Assembly: GCA_965204725.1 (NCBI GenBank)
Contig: OZ242005.1
Span: forward strand, 1,312,001 to 1,376,000
Length of the DNA stretch: 64,000 nucleotides
Source of the DNA: Candidatus Latescibacterota bacterium
GTDB lineage: Bacteria; Latescibacterota; UBA2968; UBA8231
Reading direction: 5' to 3'
The notes beneath the pieces are model-generated. The model saw only the letters and a program-made list of their open reading frames with translations, was not told the DNA's origin and searched no databases. Positions 46,480 to 56,559 of the stretch are shown here, piece after piece (positions within the stretch are counted from its first letter, which is position 1; each line of letters opens with the position of its first letter). The position numbers were made by a program, and so were the translations under genes.

Positions 46480-46949
46480 GCTTGCTCCATCTCTTGCAGC
46501 GACGCTCTCAGGCCGAGCAATCGCTTGCGCACACCCGACACGGACAGCCCCACTTGCTTGGCTACCTCTTCTAAAGTCATGCCGTCCACGTAGTACAAGA
46601 CGGCCATCGTCCGCGTTGACTCGCGCTGCTGGCCAAAGAGCTTGGCGAGCACGGTGCGCGCCTCTATCCGGCCCTCGGCGTCCTCTGAGCAGGCTATCTG
46701 CTCCAGCAGCGTCGAGTCGGCCGTGGTCTTTCGCCGCTGGGTGTCGCGGATGCGATTGAGGCAGAGGTTGGTCGCTATGCGGTAGAGCAGGCTGGAGGGC
46801 GCGTCGGCCCGCAGGCGGTCGCGCCGCGTCAACAGCCGCACAAACACGTCCTGAGTGACGTCGAGTGCCTGATCTTCGTCGCGCAAAAGCTGCCGACAGC
46901 GACGCAAGACCATCGGTCCGTAGCGACGGTACAGGGTATCTACGTCCAT
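46476..46949 (-). CDS. ECF RNA polymerase sigma factor
   Basis: LYRRYGPMV, ALDVTQDVF, LYRIATNLCLN, DGMTLEEVA..VGLS..GVRKRL. Confidence 0.93.
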   Translation of the reverse strand: MDVDTLYRRYGPMVLRRCRQLLRDEDQALDVTQDVFVRLLTRRDRLRADAPSSLLYRIATNLCLNRIRDTQRRKTTADSTLLEQIACSEDAEGRIEARTVLAKLFGQQRESTRTMAVLYYVDGMTLEEVAKQVGLSVSGVRKRLLGLRASLQEMEQA

Positions 46950-46972
46950 GTATTTCCTGGCGGTGTACTACT

Positions 46973-47001
46973 TAAACACCAACGGCGGCGCAGGGTGTTA
47001 C
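46973..47001 (-). promoter_or_regulatory. Possible autoregulatory ECF promoter
   Basis: Minus strand A-tract then GTAAC-18 nt-TGTTTA just upstream of the sigma gene. Confidence 0.35.
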
Positions 47002-47061
47002 TTTTTTTGCCGGGGCGTCCGTTCTGGCGATACTGCGCATAAAAATTCCCCAAGCCGCGCC

Positions 47062-48069
47062 CTATTTTTCCTCAAGGGCGGCGAGGAGCTCGGCGGCCTG
47101 CTGGCGCTTGGCGGGATCGTCATTGCGGGCGACGATGCGCTGGAGGGCCGAGACGGCGAGCGGATCGCCTTGCTCGCCCAGCGCCAAGGCTTGGCGGTCG
47201 CGTTCCTCGTGGTAGCTATCGTCGTAGTCAACCACGTCGAGTTCGCACTGACGCCAGTAGTACTGCAAGCGGTCGTCGGGCCACTCGGCGTAGATGGCCT
47301 CCCAAGTGTTGGGCTGGCTGTGGGGCAGCAGGCTGCCCGGGGCGATGGGGTCGGCAACGCGCTGGTAGCGGGCGTCGATGGACAGGCGCAGTCGTTCCCC
47401 GGTGTTGGGGACGCCGCGATGGGGCGTCATGCTGTGGAAGAAGAGCACATCCCCTTGCGCGAAGGGGCCGCCGGTCCAAGTCCCTGCAAACGTGTCGGTA
47501 ATCGCCAAGCCTCCAGCCCCTAGGGCCGGTTGGAACTTATAAACGCCCCCGCGATGCGCCCGAGCGGCCACCTCCAACCCTCCCATAGCCGGCGGCAGGT
47601 CGTGGAGTGGGAACCAAGCGGTATAGGTTTCGGCCGTGCCCTGAATGGGAATGAAGTCTTGATGCGGCGGCGTGGTAAAGGACTCGCGCTTGGGAAAGAT
47701 GACGCGGGCGATGAGGCGCGGATGGGGCAGCACCGGGCCGTCGAGCAGTTTTTCGAGGAGGCCGACGAGCGCGGGGTGGTGCTGCAAGGCGTGGAATTGC
47801 GGCAGCGCGTACAGCCGGCGATAGACCTCCATATACTCGGGCGTCGGCTCGACGCAGAAGCCGTCTTGGTCGGCGATGGCATCCGCAAGCGGCGCGGCGG
47901 CCTCAACCCAGCCGGCCGCGTGGACAATGGCTAAAAAGCGCAGCCTGAGTGCTTCGAGTTCGTCGGCGGGCAGCAGGCTGCGGACCAAAAGATAGCCGTC
48001 GCGCTCCATGCGGGCGCGGAGCGCGGACGGGTCGTCGATGAGAGGGGTTGAGTCGAGAAAGGTCGGCAT
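47062..48069 (-). CDS. Phytanoyl-CoA dioxygenase (PhyH) family Fe(II)/2OG enzyme
   Basis: TPPHQD, TAWFPL, GDVLFFHSMTPH, RLSIDARY. Confidence 0.9.
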   Translation of the reverse strand: MPTFLDSTPLIDDPSALRARMERDGYLLVRSLLPADELEALRLRFLAIVHAAGWVEAAAPLADAIADQDGFCVEPTPEYMEVYRRLYALPQFHALQHHPALVGLLEKLLDGPVLPHPRLIARVIFPKRESFTTPPHQDFIPIQGTAETYTAWFPLHDLPPAMGGLEVAARAHRGGVYKFQPALGAGGLAITDTFAGTWTGGPFAQGDVLFFHSMTPHRGVPNTGERLRLSIDARYQRVADPIAPGSLLPHSQPNTWEAIYAEWPDDRLQYYWRQCELDVVDYDDSYHEERDRQALALGEQGDPLAVSALQRIVARNDDPAKRQQAAELLAALEEK

Positions 48070-48102
48070 AAACAGGCTCCTAAGAGAGAAAAACAGGCCA
48101 CA

Positions 48103-49833
48103 CTAGGCGGTAAAAAACGCCACGACGGTCCAGCACAAAGCCGCCAAGCCCGCCGCAATCGACGCCTGCGGGATTTGCGTCTTGACGTGGTCCATCAGGT
48201 CGCAGCCTGTACACATGGAACTAAGCACGGTGGTATCCGAAATCGGCGAGCACTGGTCGCCGTACACGCTGCCGTCCATGACCGCGGCAAAACACAGCGT
48301 CATAAAAAGCTCTGGATGCGCTAGGCCATTGGAACCGGCCACCGCCCAAGCAAGCGGCATGGCCAATGGGAACGCCACCGCATAGGTGCCCCAACTCGTG
48401 CCCGTAGAAAAGGCGATGACCATGGTGAGAAGCTGAAGCAAGACCGGCAGGAGGAAATACGGAATGGCCTCGCCGAGCTGTTCGACTAAAAAGATGCTGC
48501 CGCCCGCCTCCTTGCTGATGCCGCCGATGGTGATGGCCAGCAGCAAAATAACCGAGCCGAGCACCACCCCCTTAATGCCGTCGTGAAAGCCGGCGATGAG
48601 GTCTTTCAGGGCCATGCCCTTGCCCAAGGCCATGCCCGCGGCCAACAAAAGCGCGATGCCAAAGGCCCACTGCACATTGGGCGATCCGCTCGTGATAAAG
48701 GTGCCGACCGCAATGGCGATGAGCGTCCCGAGCGGCAAGAAAAACTCGAGGACGTGCGGGGTGTAGCCTTCGGGCACGTTGCTCCCTTGCAGCTCCTTGG
48801 CGCTGAGGGGGTCGGCGTTGGGCGAGTCGAGCTGGCCGGTCGTGCGGGCGCGCTGAATCGCCGCCTTGAGTTGCGAACCCAAAAAGAGCGGTCTTTCAAT
48901 GCTGAGGAGGAACGTGCCCAAGACCGCAAAAATGGCGTAAAAACAAAAGGGCACGCTTTGAAAAAAGAAGGCAATGCGATCCGCTTCCGTGGCCAAGAAG
49001 CCGACGCCGGAGACGAAGATAAACGCCTGCACGTAGCCGGGCCAAGCGTTGAACGCGAGCTGAGAGGCAATCGGCGAGGCGGTCGAATCGACGACGTAGG
49101 CCAGCTCCTCGTGGCTGATTCTCTCGTTGTCGGCAATGGGTTTGACCGTGGTGCCGACCAGCACCGTGCTGACCGTCCCGCCCTGAAAGAAGACGACCCC
49201 GAGCATCCACGCGACCAACTTGGCGCTTCTGGGGCCGCGCACAAAGCGCTCGGTCATAAACTCGGCAAAGGCTTGGGCCGCGCCCGTGCGCGACCATATC
49301 CCCATCAGCCCGCCCAACAGCCACAAGTAGAGCAGCAGCACTCCGGCCGCGTTTTTAGTCGCCAAGGAGGGAATGAGCACCTCGCCGGTGAAGTCGTAGC
49401 GGGCCAAAAGGAGCGCACCGGAGATGATGCCGCCCAACAGGGAGGTGACCGGTTCTTTGGTCAGCCAACACAGCATCACGGCCACCACGGCCGGCAGCAG
49501 CGACCAATAGCTCCAGTGGTGCTTGGCCATCAGTTTGTAGTAGCGGTCCGTCATCGCCTGAGTGTCAAACTGTTTGACAAACTCTTCGCGGACCGACGGC
49601 TCAGTACTCGACCCGTGTATTTTGGCCGGGTTGAGCTCGGCTTGCTCTATGGGGACGGCCTCGAAATAGACGGGTTTTTCGCGGTAGATGTAGTACAGCT
49701 TGCCGTCGCTGTCCGCTTTCACGTCTAACTCGGCCTTCTCGACCGTCCAAGTGGGTGCCACGTTGGCCCCGACGATCCAAGACACGAGCATGGCGACGAC
49801 AAAAATGGCGAAGTTGCGAATGCCTTTGGGCAT
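48103..49833 (-). CDS. NhaC-family Na+/H+ antiporter / ion-coupled transporter
   Basis: SHEELAYVVDSTASP, FSTGTSWGT, GDQCSPISDTTVLSS...HVKTQ. Confidence 0.9.
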   Translation of the reverse strand: MPKGIRNFAIFVVAMLVSWIVGANVAPTWTVEKAELDVKADSDGKLYYIYREKPVYFEAVPIEQAELNPAKIHGSSTEPSVREEFVKQFDTQAMTDRYYKLMAKHHWSYWSLLPAVVAVMLCWLTKEPVTSLLGGIISGALLLARYDFTGEVLIPSLATKNAAGVLLLYLWLLGGLMGIWSRTGAAQAFAEFMTERFVRGPRSAKLVAWMLGVVFFQGGTVSTVLVGTTVKPIADNERISHEELAYVVDSTASPIASQLAFNAWPGYVQAFIFVSGVGFLATEADRIAFFFQSVPFCFYAIFAVLGTFLLSIERPLFLGSQLKAAIQRARTTGQLDSPNADPLSAKELQGSNVPEGYTPHVLEFFLPLGTLIAIAVGTFITSGSPNVQWAFGIALLLAAGMALGKGMALKDLIAGFHDGIKGVVLGSVILLLAITIGGISKEAGGSIFLVEQLGEAIPYFLLPVLLQLLTMVIAFSTGTSWGTYAVAFPLAMPLAWAVAGSNGLAHPELFMTLCFAAVMDGSVYGDQCSPISDTTVLSSMCTGCDLMDHVKTQIPQASIAAGLAALCWTVVAFFTA

Positions 49834-49873
49834 GAGAGTCCTTTCGATTGGATGGAGTGAGGGGGTTATCGGC

Positions 49874-51457
49874 TCATAGTCCCGACGGTTCGCTCGGCCC
49901 TAGATCGGCGTCTTGGCCGCGGTGGAAATTGCGCCCCATCAGGTATTTTACATCCAGTTCCACGTCGCGCACAAAAATCTCCGGCAGCGCTTGGGCGTCT
50001 CGCCGCACCAGTTCGACTGCGAGCGCGTTGTTGCCCTTTTTCGGCCAGTGTTTGGCGTCCAGCCTAAACGCGTACCAATACCCCGATCCCGTGCGATAGC
50101 GCGGTGCCGACATGCGGTACAATTCGTTGATCTTGCGCAACAGGTGGGCGGGCAATTCCCGGCCGTTGAGATAGAATTTTAGCCGGTCGCGCTCGGTGTG
50201 GCCCATCACCCGCACCCGCAGCAACACTTCGTGGACTCGGCCAACCTTTGCCCAACGCCGCAAATCGTCGCTGACCGACAAGGTGACGGAAGCCGGGCGG
50301 CCCTTTTGCAAATAGGCCGGTAGCTGCATAGTCGTCCCCGGCTCGGTGGTGGGATTGGGGAAGCGGCCGGTTGTGGTCGGTACGTAGTAAATTTTGTCGC
50401 GGGCGGCCATGACCTCGGGATAGGGCAATTCCCGCAGCTTCTCGTAGAAGGAGGCTTGGTACGGCCAATTCCCGAACCAGTGCGCCAAGTATAGGCCATC
50501 GACGCCTTGCGCCCAAAAGTTGCAGGCGGCCCCGCGCACCATCTCAATGGTCGCCTCCCCCAAGCGATCGGAATCTACGTGACTTTGCAAGGCCGCCAAC
50601 ACCCGGCAGCCCGTGCCTTCGGCCGCCGCAACCAAGGGCCGGAAATCAATGGTCGAATCGAGCAGTTCGGGGCCGGAAAACGCCTGGCCGATTAGCACCT
50701 CGACCAGCCCTTGGCGCAACCACGCGGCGACATCCATGCCGACCGCATAGCACCCCTCCATGCTGTGGGGAATGCGGATGGCCAGTTCGCGTTGCTTCCC
50801 GCTCCGCTTGACAGCGCGATGCACCTCGGCCACCCACTCGGTCATGATCTCGCGGCCCGCGGCGACTTCGTCTGGGTGGAAGTAGTAGGGCTGGTAGTTC
50901 ATCTGGAGCTCAAAGCCATCGACCGGATACTTTTCTAGGGTCTCGGCAATCAGGGCCAAGCGCTCGTCGCGGACTGCTCGGTGCTTGAAGTCGAGACAAG
51001 TGCGGCCGGGAAAGTTGTCGGGCACGCCGTCTTGCGCGCCGATTTCGAGCTGGGCGTTGTCAAAGCGGAAGTCCGAGCAGCGCACGTCCTCTTCCCGCGG
51101 CCCCCGGCCCTGCTGCACCAACAGCGTCGGATAGACCTGCTTGCCGTACTGGTGGGCGCGATCGCAAATCAGGCGCAGGGGATCGTGCCCCTTGCGGATT
51201 AGGTCGCGGGCGTTTTGGTGGGCGCGGCGAAAAATCAAATGGGGCCACCGCTTCACATTGTGGCCCCACAACTCCCCGACCTCGCTGTCGTGCAGCACGG
51301 TGCGACCGTCGCCGAGGCAAAACATGATGGCCTCGACCGGCGTACCCAACAGCTCATCGACTCCCTGCTCGTATTCTTCTTTTTGCATCGGCGGCTCGTA
51401 CATGTAAATCAGCGGGTGCCGGCCGTCGTGGTAAAACATGATTTTGGGCTTGGGCAT
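49874..51457 (-). CDS. GHL10/DUF187-like TIM-barrel protein, no signal peptide
   Basis: GHDPLRLICDRAH, CLDFKHRAVRD, YPVDGFELQM, GMDVAAWLRQGLV, GVDGLYL; paralog at 54710. Confidence 0.6.
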   Translation of the reverse strand: MPKPKIMFYHDGRHPLIYMYEPPMQKEEYEQGVDELLGTPVEAIMFCLGDGRTVLHDSEVGELWGHNVKRWPHLIFRRAHQNARDLIRKGHDPLRLICDRAHQYGKQVYPTLLVQQGRGPREEDVRCSDFRFDNAQLEIGAQDGVPDNFPGRTCLDFKHRAVRDERLALIAETLEKYPVDGFELQMNYQPYYFHPDEVAAGREIMTEWVAEVHRAVKRSGKQRELAIRIPHSMEGCYAVGMDVAAWLRQGLVEVLIGQAFSGPELLDSTIDFRPLVAAAEGTGCRVLAALQSHVDSDRLGEATIEMVRGAACNFWAQGVDGLYLAHWFGNWPYQASFYEKLRELPYPEVMAARDKIYYVPTTTGRFPNPTTEPGTTMQLPAYLQKGRPASVTLSVSDDLRRWAKVGRVHEVLLRVRVMGHTERDRLKFYLNGRELPAHLLRKINELYRMSAPRYRTGSGYWYAFRLDAKHWPKKGNNALAVELVRRDAQALPEIFVRDVELDVKYLMGRNFHRGQDADLGPSEPSGL

Positions 51458-51469
51458 GGTCTGGCTCCT

Positions 51470-52573
51470 TTAGGTCCAGTGGCGCGAATTGGGCACGACC
51501 ACCCAGGCCGATCCTTGGGTGATCGACTGTTGGCTGACGAGGCCGGGCAAGGTCATGTCCATCGCCAAGTCGATGTCAATGGCCGGTGCCTTTTCTCCGC
51601 GGATGGCCGCGACAAAGTCCTGTACCTCCCAATAGTCGCCGCCGCCGTGCCCGGCGGCGAGGGCTTCTGCCGGCGGATGCTGCCAGTGATCCGGCAAAAA
51701 TTCCGCCAAGGCTTCCAAAGGCTCCCAGCGCGGCTGGGCGCTGCGGCTACGCAGCCAGATTTTGGCCGCGGCCGCAAAGCCGTCGCCCGACTCGTACGCG
51801 CCATCCGTCCCCTGCAACGCATAATGCGTCATCTGGTGCGGCCGGTCCGAGAGCATATCGACCCGGATGTGCGCCAGCCCGCCGCCCGAGAGCCGGCATA
51901 TCATGGTCACCGAATCCTCCATTTCGTATAAAGCACCGCGCGGGTCGCGGTAGTGGTGCCCGGTGCCCATGGCGCAGACCGCGACCACCCGCTGCCCGGC
52001 AAACCACGTCAGCACCGGCCCTAAGCTGTGCGTGGCATAGGTGCAGCCATTGACGCCCGTCTGCCAGCGCCGCCGCCAAGGCGTGGTCTCGTTGAGTTGT
52101 TTCAGTTCATGGATATAGGCTCCTTCGGCGTAGTACAGGTCGCCGAAAAAGCCGCGCTCGACCAGCGCACTTATTAGCGCGTTGGACTGGGTGTACACGT
52201 AGTTCTCGGCCATCATATAGACGGCTCGGCTGCGCCGCGCGGTGCGCGTCAAATCGCGGCACTCCGCCACCGACACCCCGGCCGTCACCTCGCTGAGCAC
52301 GTGGATGTCGCGCTCTAAGGCCGCGATGGCCTGAGGCGTGTGCCACGGCATGGGCGTACCCACGACAACCGCATCTACCCCCCCGGCGTCCAGCATTTCG
52401 TCGGCATCCGTGAAAATTTGTTCGACGCCCAACTCGGCCGCGTGGCGCTCAACCGCTTCCGCACGGATGTCGCACAGCGCGGTGATCTCTGTGGCTGGAT
52501 GGGCCAGCAGGGTGGGGATAAAACCGCTGCCGCGGCCGGCGGCCCCTACGATGCCAAAGCGTATTTTGTCCAT
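51470..52573 (-). CDS. Gfo/Idh/MocA oxidoreductase
   Basis: FGIVGAAGRG, GTPMPWH, VLSEV, YMMAEN, YATHSLGP, GHGGGD. Confidence 0.92.
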   Translation of the reverse strand: MDKIRFGIVGAAGRGSGFIPTLLAHPATEITALCDIRAEAVERHAAELGVEQIFTDADEMLDAGGVDAVVVGTPMPWHTPQAIAALERDIHVLSEVTAGVSVAECRDLTRTARRSRAVYMMAENYVYTQSNALISALVERGFFGDLYYAEGAYIHELKQLNETTPWRRRWQTGVNGCTYATHSLGPVLTWFAGQRVVAVCAMGTGHHYRDPRGALYEMEDSVTMICRLSGGGLAHIRVDMLSDRPHQMTHYALQGTDGAYESGDGFAAAAKIWLRSRSAQPRWEPLEALAEFLPDHWQHPPAEALAAGHGGGDYWEVQDFVAAIRGEKAPAIDIDLAMDMTLPGLVSQQSITQGSAWVVVPNSRHWT

Positions 52574-52656
52574 TGCCTCAATCGTTTGACAACCGGCCTG
52601 AGCGGCCGTACTGTTGTAAGCCCTTTATCCAACCCATTCCCCACAGGAGGAACATC

Positions 52657-53091
52657 ATGGCCATCATACCTAACATTAGTTCGGACGTCGCCGGGCCGCT
52701 CGGTGCAATTCACCTGCCTCGCCTGTGGTCCAAGCTGCGCCTGAGCGCGGCCGGCGAACTGCCGGCCGACTACCCGGAATGCGGCGCGGGCTTCGACCAG
52801 ATGGTTCTCGACGGTCTCGGCATCGACCGCGACGCGGCCGTGCGCTATGTCAAGGACAACAAGGCCAGCTACACCGAATTTGAAAACTGGGTCAAGGCCC
52901 AGCGCGGCGGCTCCGTTCCCCAGAGCGAAATCGACGCTTCCAACGCCGCCATCCGCGGCTACAACCACGACGACGAGACCCGCGGCAGCATCCTCAACGC
53001 CGCTGGCCTCAGCGACGACGGCAGCATCCTCGACGCCGTCAACCTCAACAACCTCGACGACTGGACTGAACTGCACAACGCCCTGAGCTAA
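52657..53091 (+). CDS. DUF5069-like protein
   Basis: RBS aggagg; GPLGAIHLPRLWSKLRL..AGELPADY...GFDQMVLDGLGID. Confidence 0.75.
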   Translation: MAIIPNISSDVAGPLGAIHLPRLWSKLRLSAAGELPADYPECGAGFDQMVLDGLGIDRDAAVRYVKDNKASYTEFENWVKAQRGGSVPQSEIDASNAAIRGYNHDDETRGSILNAAGLSDDGSILDAVNLNNLDDWTELHNALS

Positions 53092-53116
53092 CAGGACGGG
53101 TCCCACTCGCCTGCCG

Positions 53117-53150
53117 GCCCGCTTCCTCTCTTTGGAGGCGGGCTGTCTTG
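53117..53150 (+). terminator. Probable terminator hairpin
   Basis: gcccgcttcc...ggaggcgggc then tgtctt. Confidence 0.5.
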
Positions 53151-53273
53151 TCTCTTCTCGCTCGCCTATTCATATCGCCTTTTGGCCGGGCTGTCAACGC
53201 CCTTGATAGCCCTCTACTAAATTTGTACCTTGTGCCACCCACTCCTCGGCCCCTCGGTGAAAGCGAGTCTGAG

Positions 53274-54404
53274 ATGAAATTCGACGTCGTCGCACTGACC
53301 AAGGCAATAGTCGCCTATCCCTCGGAAAGCCAAACCAGCAACGTCGAAGTCACCCAGCACATCGCCGGGGTCTTAAGCCAGCTTGGGTTCCAGCTAGAAG
53401 AGGTGCCCTACACGGATGCGGCGGGCGTGGCCAAGCTCTCCATCGTCGGCAAGCTGGGCACTGGCGAGGGGGGGCTGGCCCTGATGAGCCACGACGACGT
53501 CGTCCCTGCTAATCCCGCCGATGGCTGGCACCGCGATCCCTACGATTCCTACGAGGCCAACGGCAGGCTCTACGGCCGCGGTGCCTGCGACATGAAAGGC
53601 CCCTTGGCCGCTTCGATTTGCGCGGCCGCCCGCTTCAAGGCCGCCGATCTCACCGCCCCGCTCTACATCGTCGTCACGGCGGACGAGGAAGTCCACGCTG
53701 TCGGCGCCCAAAAAGTCACGGCTCACTCCAAGCTCTTTGCCGAGGCCAGCCTCGGCTGCGGCATTATCTGCGAGCCGACCAGCCTCCGCGTCGTTCACGC
53801 CCACAAAGGCTCGCTCGCCATCCAAGTCACCGCCAAAGGACGCCCCGCGCACACCAGCACCTTGAAGGGCATCAACGCCAACCTCAAAATGATTCCCTTT
53901 CTCGCGGAGATGAAGCAATTCAACGAGGAGGTGCTCAGCGCACACCGCTACCGCAACGAGGAGTTCGCGCCGCCGCATTCCGAGTGGTGCATCGGCATCA
54001 ACGACCACAACCGCGCCACCAACATCTCCCCCGCCCAGAGCATCTGCACCCTCAACTACCGCCCCATGCCCGGCATCGACGTCGAGGATTTGATCGACAA
54101 AACCCGCAAAAGCGCACAAAAGCACGGCCTCGACTTCGAGCTCAAGCACCGCGGCGAGCCGCTCTATACTGCGGTGGACGCCCCGCTGGTCCGCACGGCG
54201 CTAGAGCTAACGGGCCACCCCGAACCCACCACGGTAGCCTATGGCACCGACGGCATGGCTTTTGTCGAGAAGATGAAACAAATGATCGTCCTCGGCCCGG
54301 GCGACATTGCCCAAGCCCACACCGCCAACGAATGGATCTCTCTCGACCAACTACACGCCAGCGTTGATCTCTACGCCCGCTTCATCGAGCATATATGCGC
54401 TTAG
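53274..54404 (+). CDS. M20 family metallo-hydrolase (ArgE-like deacylase)
   Basis: SHDDVVP, GRGACDMKG, ADEE, ICEPT, GTDG, AHTANE; upstream TTGATA-17 nt-TACCTT. Confidence 0.88.
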   Translation: MKFDVVALTKAIVAYPSESQTSNVEVTQHIAGVLSQLGFQLEEVPYTDAAGVAKLSIVGKLGTGEGGLALMSHDDVVPANPADGWHRDPYDSYEANGRLYGRGACDMKGPLAASICAAARFKAADLTAPLYIVVTADEEVHAVGAQKVTAHSKLFAEASLGCGIICEPTSLRVVHAHKGSLAIQVTAKGRPAHTSTLKGINANLKMIPFLAEMKQFNEEVLSAHRYRNEEFAPPHSEWCIGINDHNRATNISPAQSICTLNYRPMPGIDVEDLIDKTRKSAQKHGLDFELKHRGEPLYTAVDAPLVRTALELTGHPEPTTVAYGTDGMAFVEKMKQMIVLGPGDIAQAHTANEWISLDQLHASVDLYARFIEHICA

Positions 54405-54555
54405 GGGATGGAGATTCGCAAAACCGCGGCCCCCACGTGCAAGCCGGCAAAGAGCGTCAGCGGGCCGGTGCAGTCCTGCATACTGACCGGGACGTACTGG
54501 ATGGCCGCTTGATCAAAGGGCCAGACCTTTAACCCGCTATAGCTCAGCGCGACCA

Positions 54556-54680
54556 ACTGTCGCTGGGGGGCGCGAGATGACGCTAGACCACCTTGAAAAC
54601 AAAATCATCCGCCCGACCTACCAAGAGCCGCGCATTCACTTTGCGGTCAACTGCGCGGCCCTTAGCTGCCCACAACTCCG
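54556..54680 (+). pseudogene. Internal fragment of a DUF547 family gene
   Basis: [42 protein letters not shown] in an otherwise intergenic gap. Confidence 0.75.
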
Positions 54681-54709
54681 CAAGGCTCGAAGGCGTGTAC
54701 GATCACCTG

Positions 54710-56260
54710 TCAAGCCTCATAGCGGATGACCAACTCGATGTCGGTCAGTAGCAAGTCGCAGGCAAGTTGGGGGTGGCGTTGCAAGAGGACGACATCTAAG
54801 CGATGGAGGCCGCGGGCGGCTTGGTCGGCCGTGAGTGCAAAGCAGTGCCAAGCGGCGGCGCTGACATCGGCGATGGGTTGAGGATTGCCGTCGTGGCAAT
54901 AGCTGATATCCGGGTCGGCCAATACCGCGCCGTCCCAGCAGCAGCGAAGCTGGTCGCCGACAACCCAATCCTGTAGCCGCAGACGTAGCGTAAGGGTCGT
55001 CGGCGGGTCTGTGCTCAGGTCGTCGGCGAGGTCGAAGTCGAAGTGGGGGCCGGTCTCGTGCAAAGTCGGGTAGAGAGGAACGGGTAGGGTGCCGCGCAGG
55101 CGGTCGTGCTGGTACGCGCCGCGCCAAGGGCCGGTCTTTTGCCGGAAGCGGTGAGTCGCGCTATAGAGCTTGCTCTGGCGGCGCAGGGTCTGAACCGCGC
55201 CCACTTGGGTTAGCAACTCGCGCTTTGAGTCGCGGTCGGCGTGCCAGTTGAAGGCGTATATACCGGTCGCACCTTGGCGGTGATACTGCATGGCCGTGGC
55301 TTTGGTGCGCATGGGGTGGCGGCGCGATTCGCCTTCGGGACCGGCCGCCGGGCCGGGGACGCCGCTGTCAAAACCCGGATAGACCGCGATGTCCCCGTCG
55401 GCGCAGAGCGCGCGAAAGGCACGGACCTCAATGGCCGGATCAGTGCCGGCCGCACCGGCCGGGATCAGAATATCGACGAGATTTTCCTTGGCCCAAGTCT
55501 CCACGTCGTAGCCAATGCGGTGACAGCCCTCAATGGAGCCGGCGACGCGGGCCGCTAGGTAGAAGGGACGGCCGCGCTGTTGGGCTAGTTCGGTGGTTAG
55601 TTGCCGCGCCGCCCGCATGAAGTCGGTGAGGACGTAGCGCAGGCGATAGCCATGGTCGGCGGGGAAGTGGAAGGGGTGGCGTTGCCAGTCGAGTTCGACG
55701 CCGTCCCAAGGGTAGTTTTGGCAGACTTCGCGCAAGTGCTGGAAGCGATTTTCGCGCACTTGGGGGATGGCCATATTCCACGACAGGGCAAACCACTCCT
55801 CGGTATCCTCGCCGAGGAGCCATTCGGGGTGGTCTTGGCGCAGTTGGGTCAGTTCGGTGTGGTGCAGGGTCTGAAGGTCGCTTAGCTGCGCGCCGTTGAA
55901 GTGATTGTCGTTCATGCGCAGCGAGGCATACACGTGCAGGCCGAGTTGGTGGCCGCGGTCAATGAGTGCCTCGTGGGGATCTTCGCCGCGCTCCAACATG
56001 CGGCGAATGTTTTCGGTGTGCGTGTACGTGGCGGCGTTCTCATAGCGGCGCTGGTGCATGTCGCCGAGCAGTTCGAGCGCGTCGCTTGGCCAGCGGGTGG
56101 CGTGTTCGCCCACGCACCAAAACAAGGCGCCGACTTGGGTATCTTCGAGGGGGGCGTACACCTTGTCGAGAAAGGCGTCCATGGACTGGGGAACGGGCGA
56201 GTACCCGTGCGGTGCGCTGTCCCAGTTGTAGATGATGCCGTAGTCTGCGGGGTCGGCCAT
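54710..56260 (-). CDS. GHL10/DUF187-like TIM-barrel protein, no signal peptide
   Basis: [58 protein letters not shown]. Confidence 0.62.
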   Translation of the reverse strand: MADPADYGIIYNWDSAPHGYSPVPQSMDAFLDKVYAPLEDTQVGALFWCVGEHATRWPSDALELLGDMHQRRYENAATYTHTENIRRMLERGEDPHEALIDRGHQLGLHVYASLRMNDNHFNGAQLSDLQTLHHTELTQLRQDHPEWLLGEDTEEWFALSWNMAIPQVRENRFQHLREVCQNYPWDGVELDWQRHPFHFPADHGYRLRYVLTDFMRAARQLTTELAQQRGRPFYLAARVAGSIEGCHRIGYDVETWAKENLVDILIPAGAAGTDPAIEVRAFRALCADGDIAVYPGFDSGVPGPAAGPEGESRRHPMRTKATAMQYHRQGATGIYAFNWHADRDSKRELLTQVGAVQTLRRQSKLYSATHRFRQKTGPWRGAYQHDRLRGTLPVPLYPTLHETGPHFDFDLADDLSTDPPTTLTLRLRLQDWVVGDQLRCCWDGAVLADPDISYCHDGNPQPIADVSAAAWHCFALTADQAARGLHRLDVVLLQRHPQLACDLLLTDIELVIRYEA

Positions 56261-56330
56261 GTCTGCTCTGCTCCTTTGCGGGTTTGGCCCAAAGTACGGA
56301 GATTGTCAGGGGCGAGCAATGGAGGCTATT

Positions 56331-56546
56331 ATGGCGACAAAGTGGGTGCTCTGCATGGCGTTGGTCGGTTGCGGCGTGAGCGATCCCCAAGGGCCGACCG
56401 ATCTGCCCAAGGATCCATGGAAGCGCACCGAGCAACAGCGGCTGGAAGCGATTGAGGAACAATGCAGCGGCCCGCTTTGGGAGCGCGGGCTGCTTTGTCC
56501 GCGTGGCGTGGCCGATGCCGATACGACGAAGACGCAAGGTGGGTAA
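56331..56546 (+). CDS. Small hypothetical lipoprotein
   Basis: RBS ggagg; MATKWVLCMALVGC lipobox; 71 aa; ends 13 nt before the next gene. Confidence 0.55.
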   Translation: MATKWVLCMALVGCGVSDPQGPTDLPKDPWKRTEQQRLEAIEEQCSGPLWERGLLCPRGVADADTTKTQGG

Positions 56547-56559
56547 AGGAGTGTTCGGC

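Noticed and set aside
54535-54560. gctatagctcagc resembling a tRNA 5' end
   Set aside because: No D-loop GG, anticodon arm, TTC-containing T-arm or acceptor stem follows.
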